A stretch of 64,000 nt of DNA from Eledone cirrhosa. Taxonomy: Eukaryota. Where the stretch lies: NCBI GenBank assembly GCA_964016885.1, contig OZ024742.1:311426001-311490000 (forward strand), read 5' to 3'. Within the stretch, counting starts at the first letter, position 1. Each line of letters opens with the position of its first letter. Shown here in pieces: positions 63,884 to 64,000 of this stretch. The translations under genes were made by a program, and so were the position numbers. The notes below the pieces were generated by a model that had not been told where the DNA came from, searched no databases, and was given only the letters and a program-made list of their open reading frames with translations.

Positions 63884-63886
<3 letters not shown>

Positions 63887-63942
<56 letters not shown>
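63887..63942. repeat. (AT)n microsatellite
   Basis: About 28 units. Confidence 0.97.
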
Positions 63943-63945
<3 letters not shown>

Positions 63946-64000
63946 AAAATCTTTCCCTCTGTCTATCTTTTTCCCTCTCTGTCTATCTTTTGCCATAAAA

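Overview
AT-rich eukaryotic (animal) genomic DNA. The SINE families look cephalopod/Octopus-like; this is my inference from memory, not a search result. About 78% of the window (~3,358-53,175) is one ~50-kb tandem array of roughly 1,400 copies of a 33-37 bp (mostly 35/36 bp) monomer, ACAGGTAAACATTGCTGTG(A/G)AG(A)AGATC(A/C/T)TTACCTT. The array has nested higher-order duplications (1,341, 2,062, 3,215, 3,409 bp and ~15.5-kb echoes) and 16 copies of a 48-bp inverted segment. The monomer is unusually dense in splice signals: on the minus strand it reads polypyrimidine-CAG | 17 nt | GTAAGG/GTAATG, and on the plus strand CTTACAG|GTAAAC. A TTACCT-TAC-AGGTAA palindrome covers the donor on both strands. 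The flanks are mostly transposon remnants: a Helitron, a hAT/Charlie-type element, tRNA-derived SINEs, MITE-like hairpins, a Penelope-like remnant with a degenerate hammerhead ribozyme, a decayed CRE-clade retrotransposon with two further 3' fragments, and an RTE LINE fragment. Three smaller minisatellites lie inside these elements. There is one plausible host ORF (58538-59257, minus strand) and an orphan histone-type 3' stem-loop (63302-63320, minus strand). Nearly all ORFs in the supplied track are repeat artefacts.
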